A stretch of DNA of 60,884 nucleotides, filler included, from Jimgerdemannia flammicorona (Eukaryota): NCBI GenBank assembly GCA_003990765.1. It is 3 parts of 3 records of this genome, joined end to end, with 100 filler letters (N's around TTAATTAATTAA, not from the genome) between each part and the next. Parts side by side here need not be neighbours in the genome. Positions count along the whole stretch, not along the records: positions 40,659 to 60,884 come from RBNJ01001731.1; 2 more parts are not named here. One strand, given 5' to 3'. Each line of letters opens with the position of its first letter. Position 1 is the stretch's first letter. The translations under genes and the position numbers were made by a program. This document shows, piece by piece, positions 49,331 through 60,884 of this stretch. The notes under the pieces are model-generated. The model did no database searches and was not told where the DNA came from. It worked only from the letters and a program-made list of their open reading frames with translations.

Positions 49331-50787
49331 TTTTACCTGGAAGGTCTGAATGAACACCCCGATCAACGTGCGCTTCAGCACAGTCCCCTTGACCAATTCG
49401 ATCCAGCTAGTCTCGGCCATCTCACGCTCCAATTTAATTTCCGCACGGATCTCGCCATATTCCCTGACAACGTCCACGTCCGTCCTGTCACCACCAGCGC
49501 GCATGCTTGCCAGCGCGGCGAGTCCCTCCTCATCACGGCCATAGTAAATAAGCCAGCGAGGGCTGATGGGGAAATGGGTAATTAGTACCGATCGACGAAG
49601 AACATAATCTGAACAAAACCAAGTCGATGTCGAGGAAAATCTACCTATAGGGAAGCACGAGGCAACCGGCAGCTAAAGCAACTGAGGTGACGATTTGAAT
49701 AGCGAACGGAACACGCCAGGAAGCACTCCCCTCCAAGTTCTGAGTACCAAGATCCACGACTTTTTTTTTTTTTTTTGAGGAGGAGGAGGAGGAGGAGGGG
49801 GGTTAAGTTATGGACGCATAAGAGTGATAAGTCATTGATTCTGTTACACGTATTAAGCACATAAATGTATTTTGAGCACTTACAGTAACCCAAGGCAATG
49901 CCGAGGGTAATGGCCAGCTGGAACAGAGTAATCAGACGTCCGCGAATGCGGGGCGGCGCAATCTCCGAGTGATCTGTTGGACAAAAGGGCATGAATACAG
50001 GAAAATTGTAATCCAGTTAGAAAAAGTTGATAAACTTACACATCGGGATGACATTGCTCATAATCCCTGCCCCGAATCTGCCGTGGAACGATGAATGGAC
50101 ACAGATATGGTAGTTAGTCTTCACCCTTCCTCTTGAAATATTTTCATACTGGGAACCTGAATAGAAAAAAAAAAAAAAAAACTCACCCCGCCACAGCTCT
50201 TGCGACAAACAGAACCACAATAGTGATACCGACCGTCTCCAAGGCCGCGCCTACGGCGAAAAGCAGGGCACCGAAGATGATGCTACGTTTACGACTGAAT
50301 ATATCTGGTAAGGGATATCGATACAAACTTTAGATTGACGTACAAACTATTGAACGAACTCAAGGTAAATGTTCACATGTATACCTGCGAGCCATCCGGA
50401 AATTAAGCAGCCCACAAAACTCGTGAACAAAATCGTTGATACTAGGAAGCCTTGCTGGGCCGATGTGATGCCAGGGAAGCTGAAGGGTTTGATTGATTGA
50501 GGGGCCGTTCATGAATAAGTATGTGGATGGAAATGGTCAAGCATTTCACGTAATTGAGAGGTGACGCTCACGCTTCGTTGAATTGGGGCATGGCGAGAAT
50601 CCCGCTGATGGCGCCTGTGTCGAAGCCGATAATGAACTAAAATAAAATGCAAAGAAACCGCGTAAGTAACAGATCAGAATGCAATTTAGCAAAGAGAAAG
50701 TTTCGTGAATGTGACGCTTACCCCACCGAGAGCAGCCAAGGTGGCCGCTCCGTACAAGACAATTAAACTACCCTTATGCTGAGGCAT
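47935..50787 (-). CDS. MFS sugar-porter family hexose transporter (HGT1-like), many introns
   Basis: GGFIIGFDTGAISG, SRKRSI, SEIAPPRIRGRL..FQLAIT, SPRWL, QQFTGINGVLYFAP, MDQVGRRP, YSWG, EIFPMRLRSKG..NWLFN, PETKGRTLEEM. Confidence 0.93.
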
Positions 50788-51762
50788 GGTGGTTGTATGC
50801 TCTGGTAGGTGATGTGGAGTGGTTATGGCAATCGTCCCGCGTTGAACACAGGATCGGGAAGGCTATAGCGAGATAGCGTTAAGTAATTCGTTCAAGATGG
50901 ATGTGAGGTTCTGGTGTCACTGGCTTTATAGCCGCGGCCGGAACATGCTTGACGCATGTGAAACCCTGTCCACCGTCAGGGTTATTAGATTTCCGCCTAT
51001 TTGAGTGCCGAGGTCTTTGATAGCCCAATGCCATATGGGTATTAGATCAAAGTTTGCATGCTATTGTTGGCGGCCTAACTACTGTAAACAATTCAACATA
51101 TGACTTGTACATGATGTTTGACCCCCGGCGCACTATTGTCAAACTTCCCCACCCCTTCGTCGGGCCTAAAAGGATTCAGCGTTTTAACAGTGTTCAGTGT
51201 CCTTTTCAGAATCCTTTGTCAACTCTCCAAGCCACCCTTCGTTGTAACCCTGAATTCTTCGGAGCAACCACCCAGATTCCAGAGATTCTGACCGAATTGG
51301 CGGGGAGGGTCTTCTCCACAGGTGTTCACCTCCGACGGGGGACGAAAACCGCCGAACCCACAAATAGACCCGGCCGAGAAATAGCGTGGTTACATGTTAT
51401 TAATACACGGGTCATGAGTCTTGGTCCTATCAACCGAGAACGGCAAAAAAATGTTGTTCCTTGAATAACAAAGTCGTTCAAGGTCTTTCCTTTACCACTT
51501 TAAGCAGGGAAATTTCGAACTTCCCCTGCATCCTTAAGGCCATCCAGTCATATGTGATTTAATTGCATTCATCTGACACAGCGGAATGCTACTGTTCATA
51601 TTTTCCTTTTTACATTGTAGCACATGAATGTGGTATACTATTGCCACTATTGACCTTGGTTCACCCAGAATAGCCTGAAACCCTGGATCCGTTGTCGACG
51701 TCACTTTGGACAACCCGTGACCTGGCGTCCGTCCAACACTTCGCCCAACACTTTGCGCAAAC

Positions 51763-52569
51763 ATGAGCAAAAGCGCCAAAGCCCTCGCCGTGGGCTCCAA
51801 GCAGGACTGGTCCATCTCTGTCTATTGCTTCACCCGCGCCGCCTGCAACAACCTAATCTGGGAGAAGGACGCCGCGGCCAAAACCGCCCTCAAGCACTAC
51901 TTCCAGAAGCACCTAACCTCCACCCCGGTCTTCAAGCACTCCACCTCCAGAGTTATTATCCAACTGTACTACTACGCCGACCCGCTCCACGTCGACCTCG
52001 CTACCTTCCAGCTCGACCCTCTCCGCACCCTCCTCTCCAACGTCTACGGGCCCGCCAAGGAGCTCGACCTCCGCATTACCCGCCTCTTCTACCCCTACCT
52101 CAATTCGGAGATCCTGGCGCGTTACTTGGCCCTCAACTCCCAGAACTCCTCCTGGCCCCAGCTGACCCGCAAGTTTATGCGCTCCGTCCCCATCGTCAAA
52201 GCGCCTGCCGTCCCCGTCGCGTCGCCTATGGTGCTGCACTGGGGAAACCTGCTCCCGCACGCCGGCAACGGGACCATCGCCTCGGCCGTCCAGGGTATCA
52301 AGTACCAGGTGTCCGGCAGGCTGGGACGGAAGCGCGGCGCCTCGCGCACGTCCACCATGCGCAAGTCCGCGGGGACGTTCAAGTTCACCAGCACGAAGTC
52401 GTTGATTGACGTGGGAAGACACTCTTTCACGAACAAGAACGGGAGCATTACCGTCAAGGTGTGGATCAGTACCGCCTTGTTCGGTGTCGGCGCCGCCGCC
52501 GCTAGAGCTGGCGTTGTGAAGGCGGTGAGGGGGGCGGGGACGGAGACGATGACGGTGAAGAAGGTCTAG
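51763..52569 (+). CDS. rps3: Nuclear-encoded mitochondrial ribosomal protein S3 (uS3m, Rps3/Var1-like), intronless
   Basis: N-terminal DWSISVYCF..D..LKHYF and C-terminal GIKYQVSGRL..GASR..ID..NKNGSITVKVWIS motifs of fungal mitochondrial Rps3; middle YPYLNSEILARYL. Confidence 0.85.
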   Translation: MSKSAKALAVGSKQDWSISVYCFTRAACNNLIWEKDAAAKTALKHYFQKHLTSTPVFKHSTSRVIIQLYYYADPLHVDLATFQLDPLRTLLSNVYGPAKELDLRITRLFYPYLNSEILARYLALNSQNSSWPQLTRKFMRSVPIVKAPAVPVASPMVLHWGNLLPHAGNGTIASAVQGIKYQVSGRLGRKRGASRTSTMRKSAGTFKFTSTKSLIDVGRHSFTNKNGSITVKVWISTALFGVGAAAARAGVVKAVRGAGTETMTVKKV

Positions 52570-53552
52570 AGCTTTATTAGTTGATGGATGGATAAATGTA
52601 TCATGAGGATGGCGAGAGAGGCGAATAGGAAGGCACAGAATCATAGGATAGAGAATTTAATGCTAAAGTTGGAAATGTCGCTTCGATCGGTTGGCTTTGA
52701 ATTAGATAGACAGGATTGGCCATTACTAGCCACCACTGCTTTAATCATATGTCCAACTGGTACCATAAGACTCTAAGGATAGCTCCATCCTCCAAGTGTG
52801 TTGTTTGTTATTATATAAATCAGCTTCAACTGTCGCTCGCCGCTCACCACTCACCGCCAGTCCGCCAGCCACTGCCACTCGCTCGTTGCCCACACCCAGC
52901 CAAGATGGAGGTGAATATAATTAGTGAGAACATTTTCGACAAACACTCGCCAGTGTAAGTGTACGATTTACTCTTGACCGTCATTCTCGAGTAGGGTTTC
53001 TCAGCTCCTGCAATGCATTTTTTTTTTTTTTTTCACAACCCAATCCTTTTGTCCCTGAGCAATTTTTAATTCGAAGAGTTGACTATAGTTTATTAAGGTA
53101 TAATTGAGGGAGGTATTTCAACAGTTATCCAGTCAGCAGTATGGCATGTCATCGTTGGTTGCTATTACACACACCAAACAAACAAAAAAGAGCTTTGCGC
53201 AATACCAAAGGAGCATTGCGCCAAACAAAAAAAAAAGGAAAAATTGCATGCGCATTTGCCGTCAAGCCAATAGAGATCATTAGCCATAATTAGTCAGAAA
53301 TCCTTCACTACTGCAAGTCAGCCAATCTATATAACTCTCCATCTAGTTCGTACATTACGTCACGTACAATTACAGCATTATCACTCAAGGCACGAGGAAG
53401 CCACCAAAACCCGCAAAAAAAAAAAAAAAAAAAAAAAAAAAGCCTGAGAACATTGGAAGCACGTCTATATTAATTGTTGCCCGTCAATTCTACAACATAT
53501 CCGTAACGAATTAAACAGCTCATAACCGTCCTATTCATCGCTATTTCGCTAC

Positions 53553-56500
53553 TCACCACCTCCGTAGATTGTCAATTCTCCTCTGGACCGCCTTCGCTGC
53601 TTCGATCCCAACCCCACCCCTAATCTCGGTCCCCAAATTCGCCCCAAACTCTCTCAGCAGCTTCCCAATGCGCTGTGACCAGACGGGGCCCAAACCCTTT
53701 TCTCGTTCGCGCAGGATGTCAGCGTATACCTGGCGCGTTCCTTTCGCGTCGCCAGTCTCGAGCATGCCACGGAGCGCCCACGCGTAAGACCGATGCAGCA
53801 GCGACGTGTCGGAGCGGGCCTGCTTGTGAATGTACCAGAGCCGGACGACGGTCGGCCAGTCATCATGCAGGGCGGCGCCATTGAAGAGGATGTCGAGGGT
53901 GGTGATGTCGGGGGCCGGCACGGATGGATTTGAGTCCAAATGTCTTGACGTTGATCCAGATGACGCGTCGTCCGTGATAGATTGCCCGACCATCTCTTCG
54001 AAAATCCGCAACGCCGTTCTGTAATGTTCCCACTCACTCCTTACCATCCCCGTCAACACCGCATTATAGTGGATGACGTTCAATTTCACCTTCGGTCCCC
54101 CTTCCTCTCCATCGCGCCTCATTTTCTCAAGCACCCTTGCCGCCGCCGCGACCTTATCAAGCCTACATAACGCCGCGAACAACGCCGTCACCATCACCCT
54201 GTCCGGTGCCCACTTTTCCACCGTCCGCAAATATATTCTCACCACCGCCCGCGCACACACCTCCGAATCCTCTCTATCCTCCTTCTCCCCGTCTGTCCGC
54301 GCCACTCTCCGCCTCCGCACCTCCCCGGCGATTCCATACGCTGTCATTAAACTTGTGGCTGCCACGCGGTCCAGCCCTCTCCCCTCTTTCTCCTCCGCCT
54401 CTGCGATCCTCTCCAGCACCTCCACCGCGTCGACAGCGTCCCTCCCGCCCGTGACGACCAACGTGTCCGCCAGCACGGTATACGCGATGATGTCGAGCCT
54501 GACTCCGCGCTCGACCATCTCGCGGAAGACCTCTCGGGCTTTGTGGTACTCCGCGGAGAGAGCGTATCCGCACATCAGAGTCGTGTAGATGGTGACGTTG
54601 GGGACAAGCAAATATGGGGGCTCGCTCATGCGGCGCACAGTATCCTCGGCCTTGTCCAGTTCTCCCGCGCGAATGTAGCCGAGAACCAGATGCGCGAAGG
54701 TGTGGGAAGTGGGCCGGAGGTTTACGTTGAGCATGGCCTGGAGGCCGCGCTCGGCGAGCAGGAGGTCAGAGCGGATGACGGCGAGACGGATTAGGATGGA
54801 GTAGGTGATGGCGTCGCGGGGGACGTTGTGGACGGCCATTTCGGCAAGGAGGTGCGATTCGAGGATGAGGAGGGAGGGGTCGGAGCTGTTGTGTTGGCGA
54901 TAGCCGTGTAAGGGGAACCTCGCAGAAGCGGTACCGCTCCTCCCGCGCGATCGCCGCGCTCCCGCAGCCTCCGCTTCCGCCAGCAGGTGCAGCAGCTGGT
55001 TAAATGTTCGGTCCGTGGGTGCGATCCCGTCATAGATCATGGTGTCGTACAACTGCATCGCCCCCTCCACGTCCACCTCCCCCTCCTCATCACCACCCCA
55101 AAACCCCCGAATCAAAGTATTATACGTCGTGGCGTCCATCTCCATCCCCTCCCACATCATCTCTGCGATCATTCGCCCCCCTTCCACTTTCCCGCTCCTC
55201 CGACCTAGCCCACGCAAGAGCATATTGTAAACGGTTAAGCTGGGCACAGCTCCTTGCTCCTTCATCTCCATAAACCACTCCAGCGCCTCGTCGACCCTAT
55301 CCTCCCGCGCGAAATGGTCCACGAAAATCCCATACGTCACATCGTTGGGCCACACCCCGCGCACCACCATCTCCTCCATCACTCGTCGCGCCTCCGTCTC
55401 CTCCCCCTTCGTTAGGTGCATCCCGATCAGCGCGTTGAACGTCCGTACGTCCGGCGCGATCCTCTCTCCCGTGGCGCTCTTCCCGAGTCCGTCCAGCAAC
55501 TCCTGCACGCCGTCCTCGTCTCCGGCCCGGATGAACCACTTGAGCATCACGTTCATCGTCACTACGTCTGGTGCCACCTCCTGCTGCTGCATTAACTCAT
55601 ACAGACCCTTAATCATCCGGGTTGTGTCCTCCGCCACTCCCTCCGCATCCTCGACCAGGCCCTCGAGCAGCAAGTTGAACGTCACCACGTTCGGCTTGAT
55701 CCCAGCCGCGATCATCTTCCCTAGCCAAGTGTACGCGGAGTGCATCTCCCCTCTACGGTTCATGTATCCGCGGATAAGGATGTGGTAGGTGAGTTGGTCT
55801 GGCTGGAAACCCTTGGCGATCATATCGTCGACGCGGCTCTCGGCCGTGACCATGTCGTCATTCTTGATATCGGCGACGATCAGAGAGTTGTAGGTAATGC
55901 GATCGGGTTTGACTCCGTGGCAGGCCATCTCGAAGAATAGGCGGAGCGTAAAATCTTCGAGCCGCCGGGCCGTGCGGGAGGTCGGGGTCTCGGTCGCAGC
56001 ACTAAGAAAGACGGCGAGCATCTGGTTGAAGGTGCTGGCCTTGGGCGGTTCCGAGAGGACGCCTATGTGCACGTAGAGCGATGCAGCGACCGTGTGCCTT
56101 CGGAGTTTGGTGAGAAGGAAGAGGATAGTCTCGAATTCGGAGGTGAGGAGCTTGATCCGGTTGCGTTTGAAGTAGGAGAGAAGAAGGGTGAGACGGTGAA
56201 GACATTGAGCAGGAGTGGTCGTGAAACCCTGTTTAGGTTCGTTGCCCTGGATGGGAATGTCAAAAAAAGTGTCTTCTCGGAGGAAGGTTAGTAGCTTGTT
56301 AAAGTTTGAGCTTCTGTCAAGTCCTTCGTAAGGCTCTAATGATTCTAGTTGTGAGAGAGATAGTTCTAGTTGCGCAGAAGATAATTCCTCGTATATCTCC
56401 CATGCTTCTCTTAGCTTTCCGTGGCGAATCAATCTCCGCATACCCTTTAGCATTTCTATATGTTTGTCTGTTACAGTGTTTTTTGCGGGTTCAGATGGCA

Positions 56501-56831
56501 ATGATGAATAAAGTCTGCGCGACACACGCGATGCGACAGTGGCTCCCGGATCGGTCTTACGCGATTCCCGCAGTCCAATCCCGTCCTGCCCCTCGGCCCT
56601 CTGCCCGCCGGCGGGAAGCACCCAATCGCGCCCGTGATGGTTTGGTCGCACATCTCTCGACGCGGCTACCGTTGAGAGCGCGGCTAGTGGTGATGGGAAC
56701 GAGTTCGGAGCGATCGTGTGGGTGTGGCGGGGAACGTCCTGTAGCCGCCTATTTAGGCAACAACATAAAGTCGTGCTCAACGCAAGCAGGCGTCCTCCGG
56801 ACTGAATGTGGCGGTATTGGACGTGCACCAT
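53553..56831 (-). CDS. Pentatricopeptide repeat (PPR) protein, 1092 aa, probably mitochondrial, intronless
   Basis: Many 35-aa PPR units (PDRITYNSLI, PDQLTYHILI, PNVVTFNLLL, PDVRTFNALI, PNDVTYGIFV, PNVTIYTTLM); basic N-terminus. Confidence 0.95.
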   Translation of the reverse strand: MVHVQYRHIQSGGRLLALSTTLCCCLNRRLQDVPRHTHTIAPNSFPSPLAALSTVAASRDVRPNHHGRDWVLPAGGQRAEGQDGIGLRESRKTDPGATVASRVSRRLYSSLPSEPAKNTVTDKHIEMLKGMRRLIRHGKLREAWEIYEELSSAQLELSLSQLESLEPYEGLDRSSNFNKLLTFLREDTFFDIPIQGNEPKQGFTTTPAQCLHRLTLLLSYFKRNRIKLLTSEFETILFLLTKLRRHTVAASLYVHIGVLSEPPKASTFNQMLAVFLSAATETPTSRTARRLEDFTLRLFFEMACHGVKPDRITYNSLIVADIKNDDMVTAESRVDDMIAKGFQPDQLTYHILIRGYMNRRGEMHSAYTWLGKMIAAGIKPNVVTFNLLLEGLVEDAEGVAEDTTRMIKGLYELMQQQEVAPDVVTMNVMLKWFIRAGDEDGVQELLDGLGKSATGERIAPDVRTFNALIGMHLTKGEETEARRVMEEMVVRGVWPNDVTYGIFVDHFAREDRVDEALEWFMEMKEQGAVPSLTVYNMLLRGLGRRSGKVEGGRMIAEMMWEGMEMDATTYNTLIRGFWGGDEEGEVDVEGAMQLYDTMIYDGIAPTDRTFNQLLHLLAEAEAAGARRSRGRSGTASARFPLHGYRQHNSSDPSLLILESHLLAEMAVHNVPRDAITYSILIRLAVIRSDLLLAERGLQAMLNVNLRPTSHTFAHLVLGYIRAGELDKAEDTVRRMSEPPYLLVPNVTIYTTLMCGYALSAEYHKAREVFREMVERGVRLDIIAYTVLADTLVVTGGRDAVDAVEVLERIAEAEEKEGRGLDRVAATSLMTAYGIAGEVRRRRVARTDGEKEDREDSEVCARAVVRIYLRTVEKWAPDRVMVTALFAALCRLDKVAAAARVLEKMRRDGEEGGPKVKLNVIHYNAVLTGMVRSEWEHYRTALRIFEEMVGQSITDDASSGSTSRHLDSNPSVPAPDITTLDILFNGAALHDDWPTVVRLWYIHKQARSDTSLLHRSYAWALRGMLETGDAKGTRQVYADILREREKGLGPVWSQRIGKLLREFGANLGTEIRGGVGIEAAKAVQRRIDNLRRW

Positions 56832-57166
56832 GAATCTGCGGAGAGGTTTAGTCTGTTTCGGCGGCGGCGGAGGCGCTGCGGCGATCGCAGAGTATATGCG
56901 ATGACGGGGAGGCTAGGAGCTCGTCTGCGATGGTGCTGGGTGTGTTAGCGGGTTTCCTGACGCGACTTTGTCCAGAAGAAGAAAGGTGTTGTGGCTGGTG
57001 ACGTCACCTCCATCGTACATAAGGTTTATCCAGATATCCAAAAGCCTAGTTTATTTGGGTGAACTGTATAGATGCAATTATGTACAATGATACCCCGAGA
57101 TGAATACTTGCTAATGCCAGATGTCCATGAATGGCGACGAACGCTCCATTGGTTACCGATATGACC

Positions 57167-58876
57167 TCACTTAATGAAGACATACATCTCCCTTCGGAAC
57201 CCTACATACAGACCGCAAAAACAACGTGTGAGCACCGGCGGCGCGTCAAGCGAACTCACAAGACCATTCGCTCGCCTCAACATACCTTTCTTATCGGCTG
57301 TCACCCTGCCCAGATCAAACTTCTCGGAGAACCCAACGTTGGAGCACAGGTAGTTAGGAAAATCCCTGGGAAGGAGTTGTATGCTGCGGTAGCGTTCCTC
57401 CATCTCCTGTGTTGCAAAGACCGGTAGGGAGATGAAGCAAATTTATCTGGATCAAACAGTTCCCTATCCTTGTCGATCTGAGCAACAACAGCAAAAGAGT
57501 AAAAGCAAAACAAAAGTTGGCACACCTCCGACCATTTGCTCCTCCGCCTGTATGTCTCCCACTCCTGTGGCTCTAGCACAAACCTCCCTCCCGGCTTGAG
57601 CACGCGATGGATCTTGTGAAAGAAGGCCTTGATCCCGTCGTCGGCCCCATGAAGGTGGATCCACTTGGTGATACTTAGGCTATGAGGGTTGCGTTACCTA
57701 TTAGTGTCATATACAAAACCGAAATATAACCCCCTCAAAAAAATTTTTAAAAAAAAAATCCGGCACTCACGCAAACACGGCATCATACACGCCCGTCTCA
57801 TCGACCTCCTCCGTCGTCCAGTCCCCGCTCACCCTGAACTTGACGTTGGTCGGGAATCGGGGTAGTCCGTCGTGCGCTGCCGCCCCCTTCTCTGACATCC
57901 AGTCCACGGGTATTTTCCCGAACATGAGTGGTATCGATCGCGGAAAGTATTGAAATAGGTGATCGTCGTCGTGGGCGAAGACCGCAGGCCGCTTGGATGG
58001 CGGCACGAGGAGCGAGTGCTGGAGGCGGAGCGTCTGGTGGGCCATGTTAATCAGATCCCCATCGATATCGACGCCCGTGATGAGCCGCGGAGAGAAGCGG
58101 AGCGCTGATTGGGATGAGAATAAGGAATTTGAATCGGGAACACCACTAGATCATATAACATATTTGTTGCCTTATGACTTCGCATTCTGCCCCTCATTTC
58201 CCATCGACAAACCACGAACAACACATACCAATCTCAACCGTGAACTGTCCCGAGTTGCACCCAATGTCCAACACGGATTTCCCTTCAAACCATTCCTTCT
58301 GCAACAGCGGGACCCGCATGTCGTTGAGCGACTCTGTTTTCCTGCGTCTAAAAAAATTTAACCCAATCCAATGAGAACGAAATATACGAGATTAGAGTAC
58401 GATGGATAACCGTATAACCAAGATTACAAATAGCTGCTGTATAGCATTCTCTGCCCTGTTCATTTCGCAAACGCGGCAATGCTCTCGCCCCACCAGCGCA
58501 TTACCCCAACCAATACATACGAACTGTAATAACTGCGATAGTTTCCGTAAGGGAACTTCTCCAACTCCTCCCACACCCTCTTCCTTACTCCCTCGCTCCT
58601 CGCCTCTCTCGGCTCGTCCTTCTCCCAATTCACCTCCTCATCTCCTGTCTGCATATCACCAGACCTCTGACTCCCCTCTGTCTCTTGAGTACCGGTCATC
58701 TCAGTCTCAGCTTCCTCCTTCGGCTCCTTCGGCTTGCTCACGGGCGGAAAGCGACGCCTCGGCTTCTGCGGCCTCGCGGCGGTCAAGCGTGCGAGGTACG
58801 GGTTTTCTTTGGGAACCGTCGCAGGGTTCGAGGTCGCAGGCTCTACGAGCTCATCAGGTTCCATGGAATCGGTCAT
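57167..58876 (-). CDS. Bin3/MePCE (Bmc1-like) RNA methylphosphate capping methyltransferase, multi-exon
   Basis: FPYGNYRSYY, VLDIGCNSG, GVDIDGDLI, FPTNVKFR, LSITKWIHLHGADDGIKAFF..LKPGGRFVLEPQEW, GFRREMYVF. Confidence 0.92.
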
Positions 58877-59214
58877 GACGGCGCGATGTCTGAGGGCAGT
58901 GGTAGTGCTCGCCCGAAGCTGATGGAGATTACACTTGTAGGAACGTTGGGAGGAGATATGCGTCGCGTGCGGACAAAATTTGAATATAATTTATAATTTG
59001 GTGGCGGTGGCTTGAGCTCTTTTTCTAAGGTCACTCTCTGTTAGAGCAACAAAATGCTTATGATTCCATCCCCATGTCAATTCCTTTTATGCGTACTTAA
59101 ATATATTCCGAAATAAATCTATACCAGCCAAAGCTCGCGCGCTCCGCTCACTCAGCTACTTCTAATCTATCGTCGTTATATAACGCCAACCCGAACCATA
59201 GTACACCAACCATA

Positions 59215-60764
59215 TCACTCCTTCACCTCAGTAGCACCTTCATCCTCGTAATCCAATCCAAGCTCGGCCTTGAAGACGCCGAACTCCCGTTTCACCATCT
59301 CTGACTTTATGGCAAGCAAGATGTCCTTGGCGACGCGGTGGTAACCCTGAGTGGATCGCGAGAAATTGTTAGTTGCGTGATTCGGTTGTGTGAATATGAC
59401 AGTGTCAACGTATAAGGATTATAAGGTCCCACCAGCAAAGGACTTCATTGATAATGGGCAAACAAAATAAAATAAAATGACAAAGACATGGAAGAACGAT
59501 ACATACATGGGTGTTGAAATGCCGCTTATCCTTGCAATAAATGTCGGCTCGGTCATATTCGAAATTTGTCAGGTCAATCTTGGGGCCCGCAAGCACGTTA
59601 GCCGGCGGGTTGCTATCATATCAGAGGAAGACATGAATATGCATTCAATGAACTTTTGGATCTGACATAATCTGCGCACAAAACTGCCATCGGCCCAAAG
59701 CATCTAGTCAAATCGGCCCAAAAGCAGACAGCGATAGAGCTATTGACAGTGCACCCACCTCAACCACTCCTCGATCAGCCTGTTCCGCTCTTCATTGGCC
59801 TTAATCTGCGCCTCGTTCAGTAGCTGGTCATCGCCCGCTGTTGGTATGGACGCGATAAAGATTGTCGGAGGCTTTGCGATTGTCGAGCACTTCAGGATGT
59901 ATGCGCAAATGGCCTGAATGTTGTGCAGGGATTGTTTCGGGGTGATGGTCTTAGTGCTGTTACGGAAGGTGAGAGGGCAATGTCAGTTTGAGCACCAACA
60001 CATGAACAGCCGGAACGAATAAATGTCGCGAGACGTGAAGTTTACCGCACGTCCTCCGATCCGACGATGATGACGAAAATTTCGGCCGTTTGGATCTTGG
60101 GTTCATTCATCATGGCGCTGAGTATCCTGGGCTTGATTTTCTCTTTCTGTTAAGACAGAATTCCAAATAAATTCACAGCACAGATTTAGAAATAAACGTG
60201 CATGGGCATCAAACATCGACCATGTGAAATACCTAACACGTTCATTGATCTGACACAAAATTAACGATAACGCTTACCGACTCCGACTCCGGCAACCACT
60301 CCTCGGTCGTGGTATGCCATCTCCCACGGCTGAGGACAATCCACCGTTGGCGAAGTGTCGCTTCCTTAGGGAATAACTGAGGGAGCTTGTGGGCCAGGCC
60401 CGCGGGGTTGCCGAGCATCGCCCAATCGCCGTAGCCCATGGCGTGGTCATCGCCTATCAGATCCCAGGAGAGCGACGGAGTGGCTTGATGTTAGTATGTG
60501 GTGAGATAGCTTTTAGGATGATGATTGGGATGTAAACAAGCTTACCCAATATGACGATGCTATGTACGCGCGGGTTGTTCGGCTTCGGTCTCGGATCGAA
60601 TAACCACTAGAGAGAGATGGGGTCAAGAGCTGGAGGAGGAATGGTTGCAGGAACGTGAGAGTAGAAAGACGGTATGATACCCTGTTGTAATAGATCCATC
60701 CGAGATGAATGTAGCAATAAGCTACATAAAAAAATGTTTGTATGTTTTGTAGGATGCTAGGCAT
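59215..60764 (-). CDS. SGNH/GDSL-fold protein with N-terminal hydrophobic segment, multi-exon
   Basis: Spliced IVILGDDHAMGYG (block I), VIIVGSEDV (block III), DKRHFN..GYHRVAKDI (block V). Confidence 0.75.
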
Positions 60765-60884
60765 GGCAAAAGAGAGTGAGGAGGGTTGAACCCTTCCTAG
60801 GACGCTCTTTCATGTGCATGTGCAATCAGCCACAGATTTCACGTCACACCCCTCAAATAATCGTGCTCTCAACAAACCAAAAAA

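Overview
Eukaryotic (fungal) genomic DNA, probably an early-diverging, Mucoromycota-like fungus (inferred from gene content, intron style and transposon types). It is three contigs joined by N-gaps carrying an artificial TTAATTAATTAA linker. The first ~40 kb is a nested transposon graveyard almost free of CpG and full of C>T/G>A transitions. It holds four copies of one L1/Tx1-like LINE family, a decayed chromovirus, a TRIM-like mini LTR element, a hAT-like foldback MITE, a ~182-bp tandem array, and a complete 10.3-kb Ty3/Gypsy element. That element carries a dUTPase, an unusual Zn-motif/F-box-like spacer and an extra 3' ORF. One PAQR/IZH gene start sits in a CpG-normal island at 18.6-20.2 kb. 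The last ~20 kb is CpG-normal and gene-dense: a GPI-anchored Ser/Thr-rich protein with a 4-nt micro-exon, an Ssh4-like SPRY protein, a 4-repeat unknown protein, a Cyt-toxin-like protein, a sugar porter, a nuclear-relocated mitochondrial rps3, a PPR protein, a Bin3/MePCE methyltransferase and an SGNH-fold protein lacking the catalytic Ser. All calls come from manual reading and motif recognition; no database searches were run.
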